Source of the DNA: Hamiltosporidium tvaerminnensis FI-OER-3-3
Lineage: Eukaryota; Fungi; Microsporidia
DNA: 64,000 bases
Assembly (NCBI GenBank): GCA_022605425.2
Contig: CM061252.1
Span: 62,001 to 126,000 of the forward strand
Direction of reading: 5' to 3'
Part shown: piece after piece, positions 10,700-23,199 of the stretch
How the letters are laid out: each line of letters begins with the position of its first letter
Numbering within the stretch: the stretch's first letter is position 1
Made by a program: the position numbers and the translations under genes
The notes under the pieces: generated by a model
Databases searched by the model: none
What the model saw: only the letters and a program-made list of their open reading frames with translations
What the model was told of the DNA's origin: nothing

Positions 10700-11428
10700 A
10701 TGAACACCTCAACCACTGTAGAAGCACCTTTTTCTTTTACAAAAAAACAAGAATATTTAGAAAAAATGGAAATTATAAAACAAAAGCAACTGACACTTCT
10801 TGAGCAAAGAAAAGTACAAAACAAAGAATATGCCGACAGAACCACCTTATCACTGATCAGTGACTACAAAAAAGAGATTTCAGAAGAGAAGCGTAAAGAA
10901 CAAGAAAGTATAAAAAACAACTCTTTCTATATTCCTAAGGAACCCAATTTCTTTCTAGTAATTCGTATCCGAAGTATTTGTAATGTTCCACCGAAGGTTA
11001 AAAAAATTTTGGAACTTTTTAGACTTCGCAGGATGAACAATGCAGTTTTACTTAAAAATAATTCTTCTATACGTGTTATGTTACAGAAAGTAAGAAATTA
11101 TATTTGTTATGGATTTATTGATATTTATATGTTACGAGAGTTAATATATAAGAGAGGTATTGGACGTATAAATGGAAAAGAGGTTAATATTAGTAATGAA
11201 GTGTTAGAAGATTATTTTAAAGGAGAAATTAAATGTGTGGAGGAGGTTGTTAATCATTTGTATGGTGGGTCTTCTATGTTTAAGAGGGTTAATAATTTTT
11301 TGTGTCCTTTCACACTTAGCTGTCCTTTAAAAGGGTTCAAAGGTAAGAAAGGTAAGGATTATTTGCAAGGGGGATGTGCAGGGTTTCAGTATGATAAGAT
11401 TGGTGAGTTGGTTGAGAGGATGATTTAA
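10700..11428 (+). CDS. RPL7: 60S ribosomal protein uL30 (L7)
   Basis: FYIPKEPNFFLVIRIRSICNVPPKVKKILELFRLRRMNNAVLLK, ELIYKRGIGRING, NNFLCPFTLSCP. Confidence 0.95.
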   Translation: MNTSTTVEAPFSFTKKQEYLEKMEIIKQKQLTLLEQRKVQNKEYADRTTLSLISDYKKEISEEKRKEQESIKNNSFYIPKEPNFFLVIRIRSICNVPPKVKKILELFRLRRMNNAVLLKNNSSIRVMLQKVRNYICYGFIDIYMLRELIYKRGIGRINGKEVNISNEVLEDYFKGEIKCVEEVVNHLYGGSSMFKRVNNFLCPFTLSCPLKGFKGKKGKDYLQGGCAGFQYDKIGELVERMI

Positions 11429-11457
11429 TAAACTTAATGGTTTTAACTTAAATTTAA

Positions 11458-12000
11458 TTTATTTTATAAATCTTTAAGTTAAAACTTTTCTTTCATAGTT
11501 TTATAGATTTTCTTCTACCTCTACTATCACCATTTTTTGTTCTTTTAAATCCGACTCTTCATTTATGTTTATTATCGGTTCCCCTAATGTGGTTCCTCTT
11601 TGTGAAATAATGGGTGTAATATTTTTTGTTTTAACACATTTAACGCTATCTTCCTGATTTCTAGCTTGTTTTGCAATGGTATTTGTTCCTCGTGCATCTC
11701 TGATCTCATAATAACACCATTGACGCTCTCTCCTAATTCTCTTCGGCATTTAGTCCCGACTCAAGTCTTTTTCGTCGATCAAAGGAAATTGTTTCGAATG
11801 TCTTCTTAAGTACTATGGATAAATTGTGTGCTACATTCATGGGTATTTGTAGTCTCTTAACATAGTCTTATGTAATTTTGTCACAATACCGTCCCAGGTC
11901 ATCACATAAGGGATTATCGCAACACTAAACTTATAAATATGACCTAAGTCATTGGCTAGCAGGCTATACTTCCTAAGTTTTTCAGTTTCACTTATTTTAG
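11458..12000 (-). mobile_element. 5'-truncated non-LTR retrotransposon (RLE family), 3' fragment
   Basis: Reverse complement matches 63860-64000 (ACTGAAAAACTTAGGAAGTAT..CTAGCCAATGA..CCCTTATGTGATGACCTGGGAC) and the 3' tails at 23640-23960 and 28600-28945. Confidence 0.9.
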
Positions 12001-13341
12001 ATCTCTAATTTTAAATTTACAGTTACAGTTATATTTAGACTCGTATTTATTAGTTTGTATTGTTGAAGCGAACTTGATTTTAATTCAACAAAAATATAAA
12101 ATTAAATTAATATTTATAAGTCTCGCCTATAAGCCATAATTTCTCAACTTTTCAATTAAGATTTTATAACGTCAGATATTCTGTTAAATCGTATTTTTTC
12201 TAGTCTTTATTACCTACACTTTTAGCTTTTCTATGGGCCTTTCTAAATTAAAGTGAAAAATTTTTTATTTGGAATGTTTTTGCATCTCTTTTCTTTCGGC
12301 TTAAAATTTCTAAAGCCATTAGCTCATTAATTTCATTTTTTTTATTTAATAGTTTTCTTTTTTTGTCGGCATATATTGCTAGAAGCATCTTCTTTGTCTG
12401 AATTATATTTCCAAGGCTCAAATATATTACGTATTGCAGTATGTGCTAATATAAACGTTTTTCTTTCTGAAATCTTTTAATTTAATCTAAGTTTCAAATA
12501 TATTACTTATTTTAATAATTATATATCTTATCGGTTATTTTTATTGAAAATCTTTTAATTTAATTGGGTATAAAACTCAATGAGACTATTCAAGTAATAT
12601 TTATTTTATTCCAATTATTATTAGAGATACAAATAAATTATACAAAGATAAGGTAAGATAAAAATATTGCTGACACTCATTGTCATATATTGTAAAAATC
12701 TTCAAAATAATTTTTTAAAAAAGCAGAAAATAATTTCCTAATCTATTCTTACCATTTGAGATGTAGCGCTACTTAGAGTTTTTAGTATTTGTACCGTTTA
12801 CGATAGTCTAATAATGTTCTTTTATACTATGTAGTGCGAATATTCTTTTCGAATGTTTATACTTTTAGAGGTGTTTTCATGTTCTAATTTCTTCATAATA
12901 ATATTTGTTTTGTATGATTTTTAAAAAATAAAAAAAAAGTGATTAGAATTAATTGGTATGTTCTTACCTTTTTTCGAAGAAATTAAATATTTTGAGGAGT
13001 ATCGGTGTCGTCGAGTAATAACTCAATTATATACACTAGAGTTGTAGTTGGGTATTATAGTTAGTATTCTTGAGGCAAATTCGGATTGATTTATTTTTTA
13101 ATAGTTACATTTGGATGAGTGGATATTTTTTTTAATTTACACATCTATTAGTTACAATTTTAAGTTACAAGGGTCATTGAAACCTATTATATTAGTATTA
13201 TGAATCATCATATTATTATTACATTACTATTTTTACAATAAATTTTATAAGGACCATTTGATTTATTACAATTAATACTATCTAACTTAAATCCAAACTA
13301 TTAAATTACTTAAAAATATTACAATATACACATTTTATTTA

Positions 13342-14193
13342 TCATGGGAGAAAATATGTACCAAAGAAATCAGAGAGATTGGCGTAAAGTTTCAGACGGG
13401 CATTATAACGTTCTTCGTATCTGGCTGTTTCACGGCTTCTAGTGCTAGATTCGATCGGTCTTAGTATATCCATTGAAGCCTTGAAGCCAAATATTTTACA
13501 TGGGTTTTTAGCCTTCCATTCTTCGACTTTTAAGTTCCAAAATCCGATTGTGACTTTTATAGCGTTTGAATCGCACTTACCTAATTCCTCTGGGTATTCT
13601 TCGAAGTTGGTATGTATGTTTTGTGAGATTTCGTTGAGTAATTTGTAGTTTTGTTCTCCTCTTATCTGTAAAAGGCCGCGTGATTTGTATTTACCCGATG
13701 CTGTATCTTTTTCATTTACAAAGTGGCGGAAATTACCAGTGTTATGTAAAGCGTGTGCCAAAAATAGGATCATTTCGTTGTATTTGAAATACATTTCTTC
13801 GTATATGATTCGTAAGGCAGTGGTTATAGATAATTCGCCGTGAGGTCGTCTATGTATATCGTATGATGCACCGAGAAAGCTAAGAACGTCGTAAATAAAA
13901 AACAATTTGTTTGATAATAGTCTAAATAAATCAATATCATGCATTCTTTTTGCATTTATTCTTTCATGTATTTTATCTGTCTCGGTGTTTTTTGTACGGC
14001 TTTCTTTACTAAAATATCCCGTTTCGTACGCATCGCCAGATTCGAACAAGCTGCATCCTTTACATTCCTTAGATTCTTTTTTAGAAAAATCCAAATATGT
14101 TGCTAAAACAAAAGGTTTGCTACTTTTTTCTCCAGCTGCTAGTGAGAGTGAAATTATTAAAAAGAAGTTTAGTATCTGAAGGATTGGTTTCAT
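13342..14193 (-). CDS. Secreted GH19 chitinase-like protein, probably catalytically impaired
   Basis: Signal peptide MKPILQILNFFLIISLSLA. GH19 motifs: FLAHALHNTG (canonical HET), YKSRGLLQIRGEQNY (canonical Y.GRG.IQLT...NY), PEEL and AIKVTIGFW. Confidence 0.8.
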   Translation of the reverse strand: MKPILQILNFFLIISLSLAAGEKSSKPFVLATYLDFSKKESKECKGCSLFESGDAYETGYFSKESRTKNTETDKIHERINAKRMHDIDLFRLLSNKLFFIYDVLSFLGASYDIHRRPHGELSITTALRIIYEEMYFKYNEMILFLAHALHNTGNFRHFVNEKDTASGKYKSRGLLQIRGEQNYKLLNEISQNIHTNFEEYPEELGKCDSNAIKVTIGFWNLKVEEWKAKNPCKIFGFKASMDILRPIESSTRSRETARYEERYNARLKLYANLSDFFGTYFLP

Positions 14194-16143
14194 TTTTTTG
14201 TGTGGGAATCACTTTTTTTGCATTTATTTATATTTTTTATATTTGATTAATTAAAAATATATAATTTGCAATTTATCAAAATCGTAAATTAAATTGTAAA
14301 TAATTCAAATTTTATCGTAAATATAAGGAATAGAGATATAATAAGTGATTATGGTGATTTTTTATTAAGTATGAATTGAATTTTAAATCTATTGATGAAT
14401 ATAATTGAATATATTTCAAAGGATTTTATTAGTACAAAAAAATTGAAAAGGATTTCATATAATTATAAAGATGAATTTAATGAAATTTTTTAATTAAAAT
14501 GATAAATTATTATTTTTAAATTATATATTTTTCTTTTAAATTAATGTAAATAAAGAGTATTTAATTAAAGATATTTTTGATTAAACAAACATAAATTTTT
14601 ATAGATTAATAAAATATGTAAATGATTAGATTAATTGTAATATATTGTCTGATCTTTTTCTTGTTCAAATTAAGAAATTATAGATTAAAAGATTAAACAA
14701 ATATCTAATATTTAATACGATATTTACAGAAATTTACTTATATTACTTATATAAGGTAATTTGCGGTGTTTGTTTAAATTTAAGGTACTATGATATTTAA
14801 ATATCTATTATTTGCAATTAAATCCAATATCTAAGTTACATTTTAAAAGTTTCAACCTATATATTCGAGTTAATTCTTCTAAAGGTTTACAAGTATTTAT
14901 TTTAAACACAATTATTTTGTATAATTTTAATAGAATAATATATTCAAGATTTTAAAAAGCTTATGAAGTTTTAATATTTTTGAGTTACTAAAATTAGTAA
15001 AATATTTTATAGAGTTTGTGTGATTTAATAGTAATATCGACAAATATAATTTATAGATTTGAAATGATTGGTATTTGGTATTGTACTTATGAATACAGAG
15101 ATTAAGAAATTTATTTTTAATATTTAATTTTGTAATAAGTATGTAATATTACTTTTGAGATAAATTAAATATATTTCTTATTCATTTAACTTTTATATTT
15201 CTGCGATAATTAATGTAATTCAAGAATTTGAGAAGCAAAAAAACCATAAACCCTTTAAATCAAGTTAAGAAGGAACATAATAGGGTAACAAGGTAAATAC
15301 GTTATGTATTTTAATCGATGCTTTAGAAGGTATGCCCACGGTAAAAGAATCAAAAATTTATTTAAACAAAACTTCATATTTAGAAGAATAGAATGAAGTC
15401 ATTAAAATGATGTAAGAAAGTATTTACAAGAGAAATATGTTGGTGACATAGATTATAATAATTTTATGTTTTTATGATATTAGATTTATTTAAGTTTTTA
15501 TATTGCTGTATTCTTAGGGAAGCTTTCTAGTGCGTAAATTTTTTTATCTTGAAATATGGGAGTATAAAAATGTAATATCTGCAAAAATATTATACTTGAG
15601 TAATTTTTTATACACGCAGGCTATATCGGCTTCTATTAAAAGTCTCGAACGCCATTAACTCATAATATTTTGTAAAAATGTGCTTTAAAGTATTTTTTCG
15701 ATGATTATTATTTATGTATTAGAAAATGGTTAAATGTTCATACAGATGTTCAAAAAAATAAAAATGTATTTTAACAATATTTTTAAAGAAATGTTTTTAA
15801 ATTAATTAGGGTAATGTTATAAGAGTCTTCCAGCCAATCAATTCAAAGACGTTCTAAATTTGCTCAGGGGATATTTAGGTTTCTGAACTACCTAACTGGA
15901 TGAGAAAACATAGCCTAAATGAAATATACAAGAAAAAATATCAGCTTCGAAATAACAAAAAGTTTAACGTCGTTCTTTATAATTTCTACTGGTAATTTAG
16001 ACTCAAATTTCAAGAAATCATGCCTCGTATTTTTCTTCATTCGTTTGTTTTTTATAAAATACAAAAAATATGATTGTTGATAAAAAAAAATGTAGAAAAC
16101 TTATTATATTTCTTCAGCTTATTTAAAAGTGAACAGCTATTTT

Positions 16144-16375
16144 TTTCCCACCATGCCGGGAGCAGAATTCTCTTGGAAAATTCTCTGCTTGTCGTAAGAG
16201 GCGACTAAAAAAGACTGATCCTCCATGTTGGGTTTGGTGTAGAGCCAACAACCCACCCTTTAAAACTACCTTGTTACGAAACCCGATAAGTAAACAAACC
16301 CACTAGAAAAAGACCGGTGTGTGTTATTACTAAGAGAGTCTAAGGCTCACACAGAGCTGTAGTGTCAAGGATGAA
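16144..16375 (+). mobile_element. Short non-autonomous RTE-derived element (SINE-like: RTE 5' UTR joined to RTE 3' tail)
   Basis: GC-richer island with RTE-type 5' motifs CTGCTTGTCGTAAGAGGCGACTAA and CCTCCATGTTGGG..GCCAACAACCCACCC..AAAAC..TTGTTACGAAACC. 3' tail is AAGGCTCACACAGAGCTGTAGTG..GATGAATGAA. Flanking repeat TGAACAGCTATTTT (16130-16143) / TGAACACCTACTTT (16376-16389), 12 of 14 identical. The RTE assignment is from remembered motif similarity. Confidence 0.7.
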
Positions 16376-16449
16376 TGAACACCTACTTTACAAAAAAAAA
16401 TTGTGACGGAACGAATGCAAGTAATATCGAAAAACTGTTACAGGCTGAA

Positions 16450-17230
16450 TAAAATGTATCCGAGCTTAGTCTAGACTTTTGCATTAAAAGATTAATCTGG
16501 ACTTCTTTATTTTTTAACTTCAATCAAAAAATATCATTTCTTTTTATAAATGTAAAATATGGTATATTGTTTGCCAAAAGTTAACCAGATTCTAGGTAAA
16601 AACAGATGACCACAGCTGTAAGATATTATCAGTGCTTTTCTATAATGCAAATCTCAAATCTTTGAATCTAAAAATGTATAGGACATAATTGATTGCTTAG
16701 AAATTACCAGAGATTCGTTAAGGTATTTTGTGTGAGTACGATAACAGGTCGAAAGCATAATTAAACATTCCTTCAATATTAGTTGAATTTCAACTTACCC
16801 AACATTTTCTGAACTAATGTGATTTTCAGCTAAAATATTTTACTGCAATCTACATGGAATTCAGATAGACGTTGTAATGGCATACCCACAGGTATAACCT
16901 ACTACATGGTTTTCCCGGTTTTTTATACCTCTCGGACGCTAGGTTTCTACTCTGATTAACTAAAGTCGAGTTTGCTTGCTTTTCGTTTGCAATATACAAG
17001 TTCAACTGTGGTATAAAACTTATTAAATAAAAAACAATAACATTTTATTAGAGAAATTTTTTTGCAATTTGTAGAAGTTATTTCCTTCGTCTAAATCCTC
17101 CCAATCTACCAAAAATATAATGGGGCTAGCATTTCATCAAAAATCCAGACAATGATTTTCATGTCAGTTTTACAGGATGATATTAAGGAAGAAATTTTTG
17201 AGTGTGGTTATCTCCTTGTTACCTCTTTAT
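16450..17230 (+). pseudogene. Lineage-specific multigene family pseudogene (copy 2)
   Basis: TWNSDRRCNGIPTGITYYMVFP and FLYLSDARFLL*LTKVEFACF align with TWSLPRNCNAIPTEITGYLDFP and FYISQAPRPLVLVRKSMFPCF at 37100-37270. The 5' boundary is uncertain. Confidence 0.65.
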
Positions 17231-18275
17231 TTTGTTAATAAGAAAATATTACGGTAAAATTCTGTGGTATTGTTTACAGTAGTGAACTAAAAATTTCTTG
17301 TGCAATTAAAAATTGATATTGTTTTTATATTTGACATCCTTTGTCTCTAACCTTTGATATAATGATTAGAAAATTGTATATTTTTTAAAAGTTAAACCAG
17401 TTTGTTCAATCTATTAAACAACAAATAGTACGAAGCTAGGTCAACATAATCTATTTTCTCCGATCTGCTATTTTATACTTGATAATATTAGATGTTAAGA
17501 AGTTCAAGGAACTAATTCAAACAAAATATTATCTTGTTTCGATAAATTAATTTATAAATTTAAGAGATATGCTAGCTTAATTTCAGTAAAATATTTTATA
17601 GGAAAACAAAATATCTTAAAATCATCAAGACAAATAAATATTTGTTTTAATATTTCTTGTTCTTTCTATGTTATGAGATAATGAATCTAAATATGTTTCG
17701 TTGAATACTATAATTGTAATTTTTATGTCGTATTTAAGCATTTAAATATTTCAAAAATGGAAAAGAAAATTTGTGACTGAGGCTGTAAAATATAGAAGAA
17801 AATCTTAAGGATCCTTATAAAAAAGCCGAATATTTAAGTATTTTTAACGAGTTAAATATATCGATTGAGCGAGTCCTAACTTCAATGAGAAATACACAAA
17901 AGTATAAATATATTTGAATGAATGTGCTACCAAACCAAACATAAATTTTTTGTTGATTATTTTAAACTTCTCAGCCCAAACTTATGACTAAATAGGCAGA
18001 TGATGCATGATTTTTTTTGTCAAAAATAGTTTAAACACCAAAAATCGGAACAAAGCAACGTATGTGTTTATTGTGAAACAAGCTAACTTTTATTGTGAGA
18101 TTTTAGTTAGAACAAAAATTATAGCAAAAAAAAGTTGTTTTTAATTTATAAGAATCTTAAGCGAAGCTTTTGTTCAAATTAGGAGAAACAATATCACATT
18201 ATGTTGAATTAAGTAATTTTTTATAAGTTAATGATCATATAATATATTCATTGCCATTTTGCTGGTATTGTTTGA

Positions 18276-18822
18276 TTACATGCAGAAAAGTTTCCCTGTA
18301 TAATACAGACTAAATGAGATTGAAATTGGGCAACGCAAATGTATAAACGGAACAAATATTCTTATATCTAATCTAACGATTTTTAAATAACGAATAGGTG
18401 TGATTTGAATATATTTCGCATTCTTAAAGCATAAGAAAAGAAATAGGATAAATATCACTATATAAGCGCTGATTCTTTTTTCAAAAGAATGACTTTTTTT
18501 TCTCAATAGATGTCTTTACCGTGTTAGTAAATATTTTTCTGGTGATCCAAAATAATGTTATTTGGTTGTAACTCATGTCGCCACACCACAAAATATACAA
18601 CAAAAAGTTTGAGAAAGGTTTACTAGGCCAGAAAGAATAGTATTTCCTGACATTTAGATTTAAAAAGCTTTGAAAATAATTGTAATGAGGCGAGACAAAG
18701 GAAATTATAAATTTCGAGGATTTTGAAAGGCAATAGACACCGTGTTCATAAAACTCGGGTAAAATGATCAAAGAATCGTACTTCATTTTAGAATTAACTT
18801 CTAATTGGAATATGAGGACCAT
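18276..18822 (-). pseudogene. Fragmented hypothetical gene (two overlapping ORFs joined at an A/T run)
   Basis: Adjacent ORFs overlap at a T9 homopolymer. No recognisable domain. Confidence 0.3.
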
Positions 18823-19976
18823 ACAAAACGAATCGCTGTTATGTGATTATTTATAATATATACTGAATTCAATATTTTTACGAGAACAATGTTTTTTTTA
18901 GCAAAAAACAGATTTTCTTATAAAATAAAGTTTATAAAACGTTCAAAAAAACTACTCCGATCTTTGTATGAATAGGTTTGAGAAAAATATAAGTCAAATT
19001 TTCCAACAAAAGTACAATTATATACAAATTATTTGCTTTTCTTTCGCGTAAATTAGATTTAATAACGAATAAACACGACATAAAATTTAGGATTAGAGAT
19101 ATGATATATTTTCTTTATCTTCATATTAAAAATGAAATGACCCTATAAAGAAACGCAAATTAGAGATACTAAAAAAAAGATTCATTTGTCAGATAAACTT
19201 AAGAAATACACATTTATTGTTTCAAATTTTGGGTGAATATAACCTGATGCAAATAATGTGTTATTAAATATGAAAGATAATATATTTAACAGGAATGCAA
19301 AATTTAATTACAAAAAAAGTAGAACTCGGTATATCGTAGATTGGCCAAATCGAAAGTACTCAAAAAACAGCCAAACAAAATTATTCTCAAGCAAAAATAA
19401 AATTAATGCAAGAAAAAAGACATATGACAGACAGAAGTTGCAGAGGTATACTCTAACTACATATATCTCCCTCTAATATTTACATATAAGGTATAATGTA
19501 TTAAAAAAATTATGAAAAGTCTTCGATTTTGTTTAATATATAGAGGATTCGAAAAAAAACATAATCTAAGTAAAAAAATGAATTTAAATATTAATACAAA
19601 CTGAATGAAAATGGTGTTTTATAAGACAATTATCAATTTCAATAGAACTAACAATCTCTACAAAATAAATACTGCTATTTTAATAGATTCATGATTTAAT
19701 ATGCTATATCTTTAAATTAATATTTATACAAATAATTATATAATATAAATACAAAATATATGTAGGAAGTTGAGTTTAAATTATTGTATAAAAATATTTG
19801 TTAAATTATATTTTTAAACAAATAACGAACATTTAATTTATAAATCATAGAAAGAAAACAAAGAATTAATAAGACACTAAGCAAACCGTTTCTTTACTTT
19901 AGAAAACACTAATTCTAAAATTTATTTAAAATAACTTTATTTATATATTTGATCAATCTGATGTATTATGAACATT

Positions 19977-20631
19977 CTACTTCCCACTATTCGATATTTT
20001 AGCTATTTGTTCATAAACCTCAAGAATTTCTTTTATTTCAATATTATTGACACAATAATTTATAATTTGAACCACAAGATCACATTTCTTTGAGACAAAT
20101 CCTTTTTCAATATAAAAATTTAAAAATCTAGAAAACAACACATGTTCACACAAATTTCTATTTTCATTCATTTTTTCTATTATTAGGACACAATTGTGAA
20201 TTAGAAATTCTATTGGACACATATTTTAAAAAATTAACCGTATTAATAGTTATCGGTCTTTCAAATACAATCATACATTCTTTTATCTCTAAAATATTCG
20301 TATACTCCATAAATATTTTCTGGTATTCGTCATAAAGTATAAAAAAGATATTTTTATTAAACTGTAAAGGAATTCTTTCCAATTCATTTACATGTATTTC
20401 TTTGAAATTAGAACTTAATATAGCATATATTGCATCCAATGGTTGTAATTTTCTTCTTGAATCTCTAGAATACGAAAAGAATATTAATATTTTCATTGTA
20501 CATGTCCTACAACAGAAATGAGACGTATCATATAAATATTCGACATAATTTACATTATTACTACATATTCTTACAACAAGTCTTTTTATTAATTCTTCTT
20601 TATAATACAAATTACATATCTTTTCTTCCAT
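19977..20631 (-). CDS. Hypothetical ~217-aa protein split by one frameshift
   Basis: ORFs 20164-20631 and 19977-20222 overlap at TTTTTTAAAA (~20224-20233). Removing one base gives a continuous frame. Confidence 0.55.
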
Positions 20632-20959
20632 TAAAATTTGTATCCCATATTAGTTTTATAAATAAAGTAAAACTGTCAGAGATAAAACGTAAAACAGATT
20701 TCTTTAATTTAAAAATTCAAAGAAATTAGATTAAATTTGGAATAAACTGGTAATAAATTTGTATAAATTAAAAAATTATAAATTAGAAAATTATATTTAT
20801 AAAGAATTAAAGAATTAGGAATTTTAGGAAATATTAAAGGTAAAAAATTCTAACATTTTTGTGAATAAAAAGGAAATAAGAAATAAAGAATTAGGAAATA
20901 TTAAAGGCAACGTATTTCATTTTTTATTAAAAATAAATGAATAAGAAAAAGGATCAGGA

Positions 20960-21690
20960 AAATAAATTTTAAGAAGTATGAAATGAATTTTGTTATAAAT
21001 AATAAGACTTGGTTATAAAACAATAAAGTAAGTTAAAAAATAAATTTTAAGAAATATGAAATGAATTTTGTTATAAAAATATGATGCAGTGTTATAAAAT
21101 AAGAAAGAGAATGAGGAAAATAAATTTTAAGAAATATGAAATGAATTTTGTTGTGAATATATGAAGTACTGGTAATAAATAAATAAAGGAGGTTGAAAAA
21201 GGATAATTGAGAATTTATTAGATTTGAAAATAGGATAGAAGAAAATCAAAAAAAAAATTAAAGAATTTTAAGTACTTTATTAAGGAAACAGTAACTTAAG
21301 GGATTTTGAATATAAAAAGAAAATATTTGAATTTATTTAAGATTGAATAACATTTTATATAAAATTTTAAAAAAAATGTAAATAAAAGCCAATTTTATAT
21401 TTTAAATATGATTTGTATTTTATTCCGAGTTGTATTTTATAAAGATTTGTATTTTTTTGAGATTTTGTGTGTGAAAAACAGTGAATTATTTAAATGTAAA
21501 ATATATTTACAATATATTATATATTGAAGAGAGAAAAGGCTAAAATTTATTTTTGAATTGAAGAGAAATATTTCTAAAGAATGAAAACTAACAAAATGTT
21601 AAAAAAATAATAAAAAATTTATTTTTAAATTGAAGAGAAATATTTCTAAAGAATAAAAATCAACAAAATGTAAAAAAATAAGTAAAAATT
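20960..21690. repeat. Degenerate tandem repeats: three units of 78-80 bp and two of ~72 bp
   Basis: TAAATTTTAAGAA(G/A)TATGAAATGAATTTTGTT at 20963, 21041 and 21121; AAATTTATTTTT..ATTGAAGAGAAATATTTCTAAAGAAT at 21543 and 21615. Confidence 0.75.
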
Positions 21691-21957
21691 TATTTAGTAT
21701 ACAATTATATTTTAATTATGATTATATTAATATTAAATTACCTATTAAATTAATAGATTGGTTCGTTTGAACTGTTTGAGAGAAATGACATTATCCATAG
21801 AACATTAGAATATTCATTTTTTGATAACGAATTGCTACAAAAAAACGTATCAGAATATTATTTATGCAAAATATAATATAGCAAGAGTTTGTAATAATTT
21901 AAATAGCATTTTTATGCAAAAATATAATTTAGAATATAAAAAAATCACTGAAGAACT

Positions 21958-22501
<544 letters not shown>

Positions 22502-23199
22502 TTATCCAAATCATCAAAAATATAAAACAGTGTTTCATAACAAAACAATTTAATTTAAATGATAAACTTTTTTCTTTTTATTTTAAAGAATGACATAATC
22601 TGTGTATCAGTTACCCCTTATTTTAAATAAATTGTATTTTTATATTTTTGTTATAAATTGATGTGTAAGCGTTTTTTTTTGACTCCTTAAAATATTTTTA
22701 TTGCTTTTTTCAATAAACGTCAAATTTTTTGTATGAAAAAAAAATAATTTTTAAATTTTAAATTTTAATTCACAAGTAAAACAAAATTTAATGTAATTTT
22801 TAAGTAAAAAAAATAAATTATTTGAATTTTAAATTCCCAGTAATAATATTTTCAAATCAATTGAGAATTAACTATTCACTTGCTATAATTTTATTATTTT
22901 CCAAATTTTTATTTTCATTTAAATAATCTCCAATCCTTTTACAAATCAGTTTGACTTGTATTGATTTATTTATAAATTACCAATAAAAAAATATTTTTAA
23001 ATATTTAAATATAAAATAAAATACAACGGTAGTAAAATGATTGGTTTCATTTTAAAATTCAAGTACTTAAAATTGCAACTCATTTTATGTATTAAGAGAT
23101 AATTCTAGAAGAAATATTGTCATTTAAAGATTGTTTTTGATTTAAATTGTTTTTAATTATATTTGGACTCAAAATGTTGTATTTAAGTAAATTGGAAGA

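Noticed and set aside
15260-15460. Possible older non-LTR RT fragment
   Set aside because: Only vague similarity and no diagnostic motif.
20211-20239. 29-nt intron repairing the split gene
   Set aside because: Removing GTTAAT..CAATAG gives ACG AAT TTC TAA, an immediate stop.
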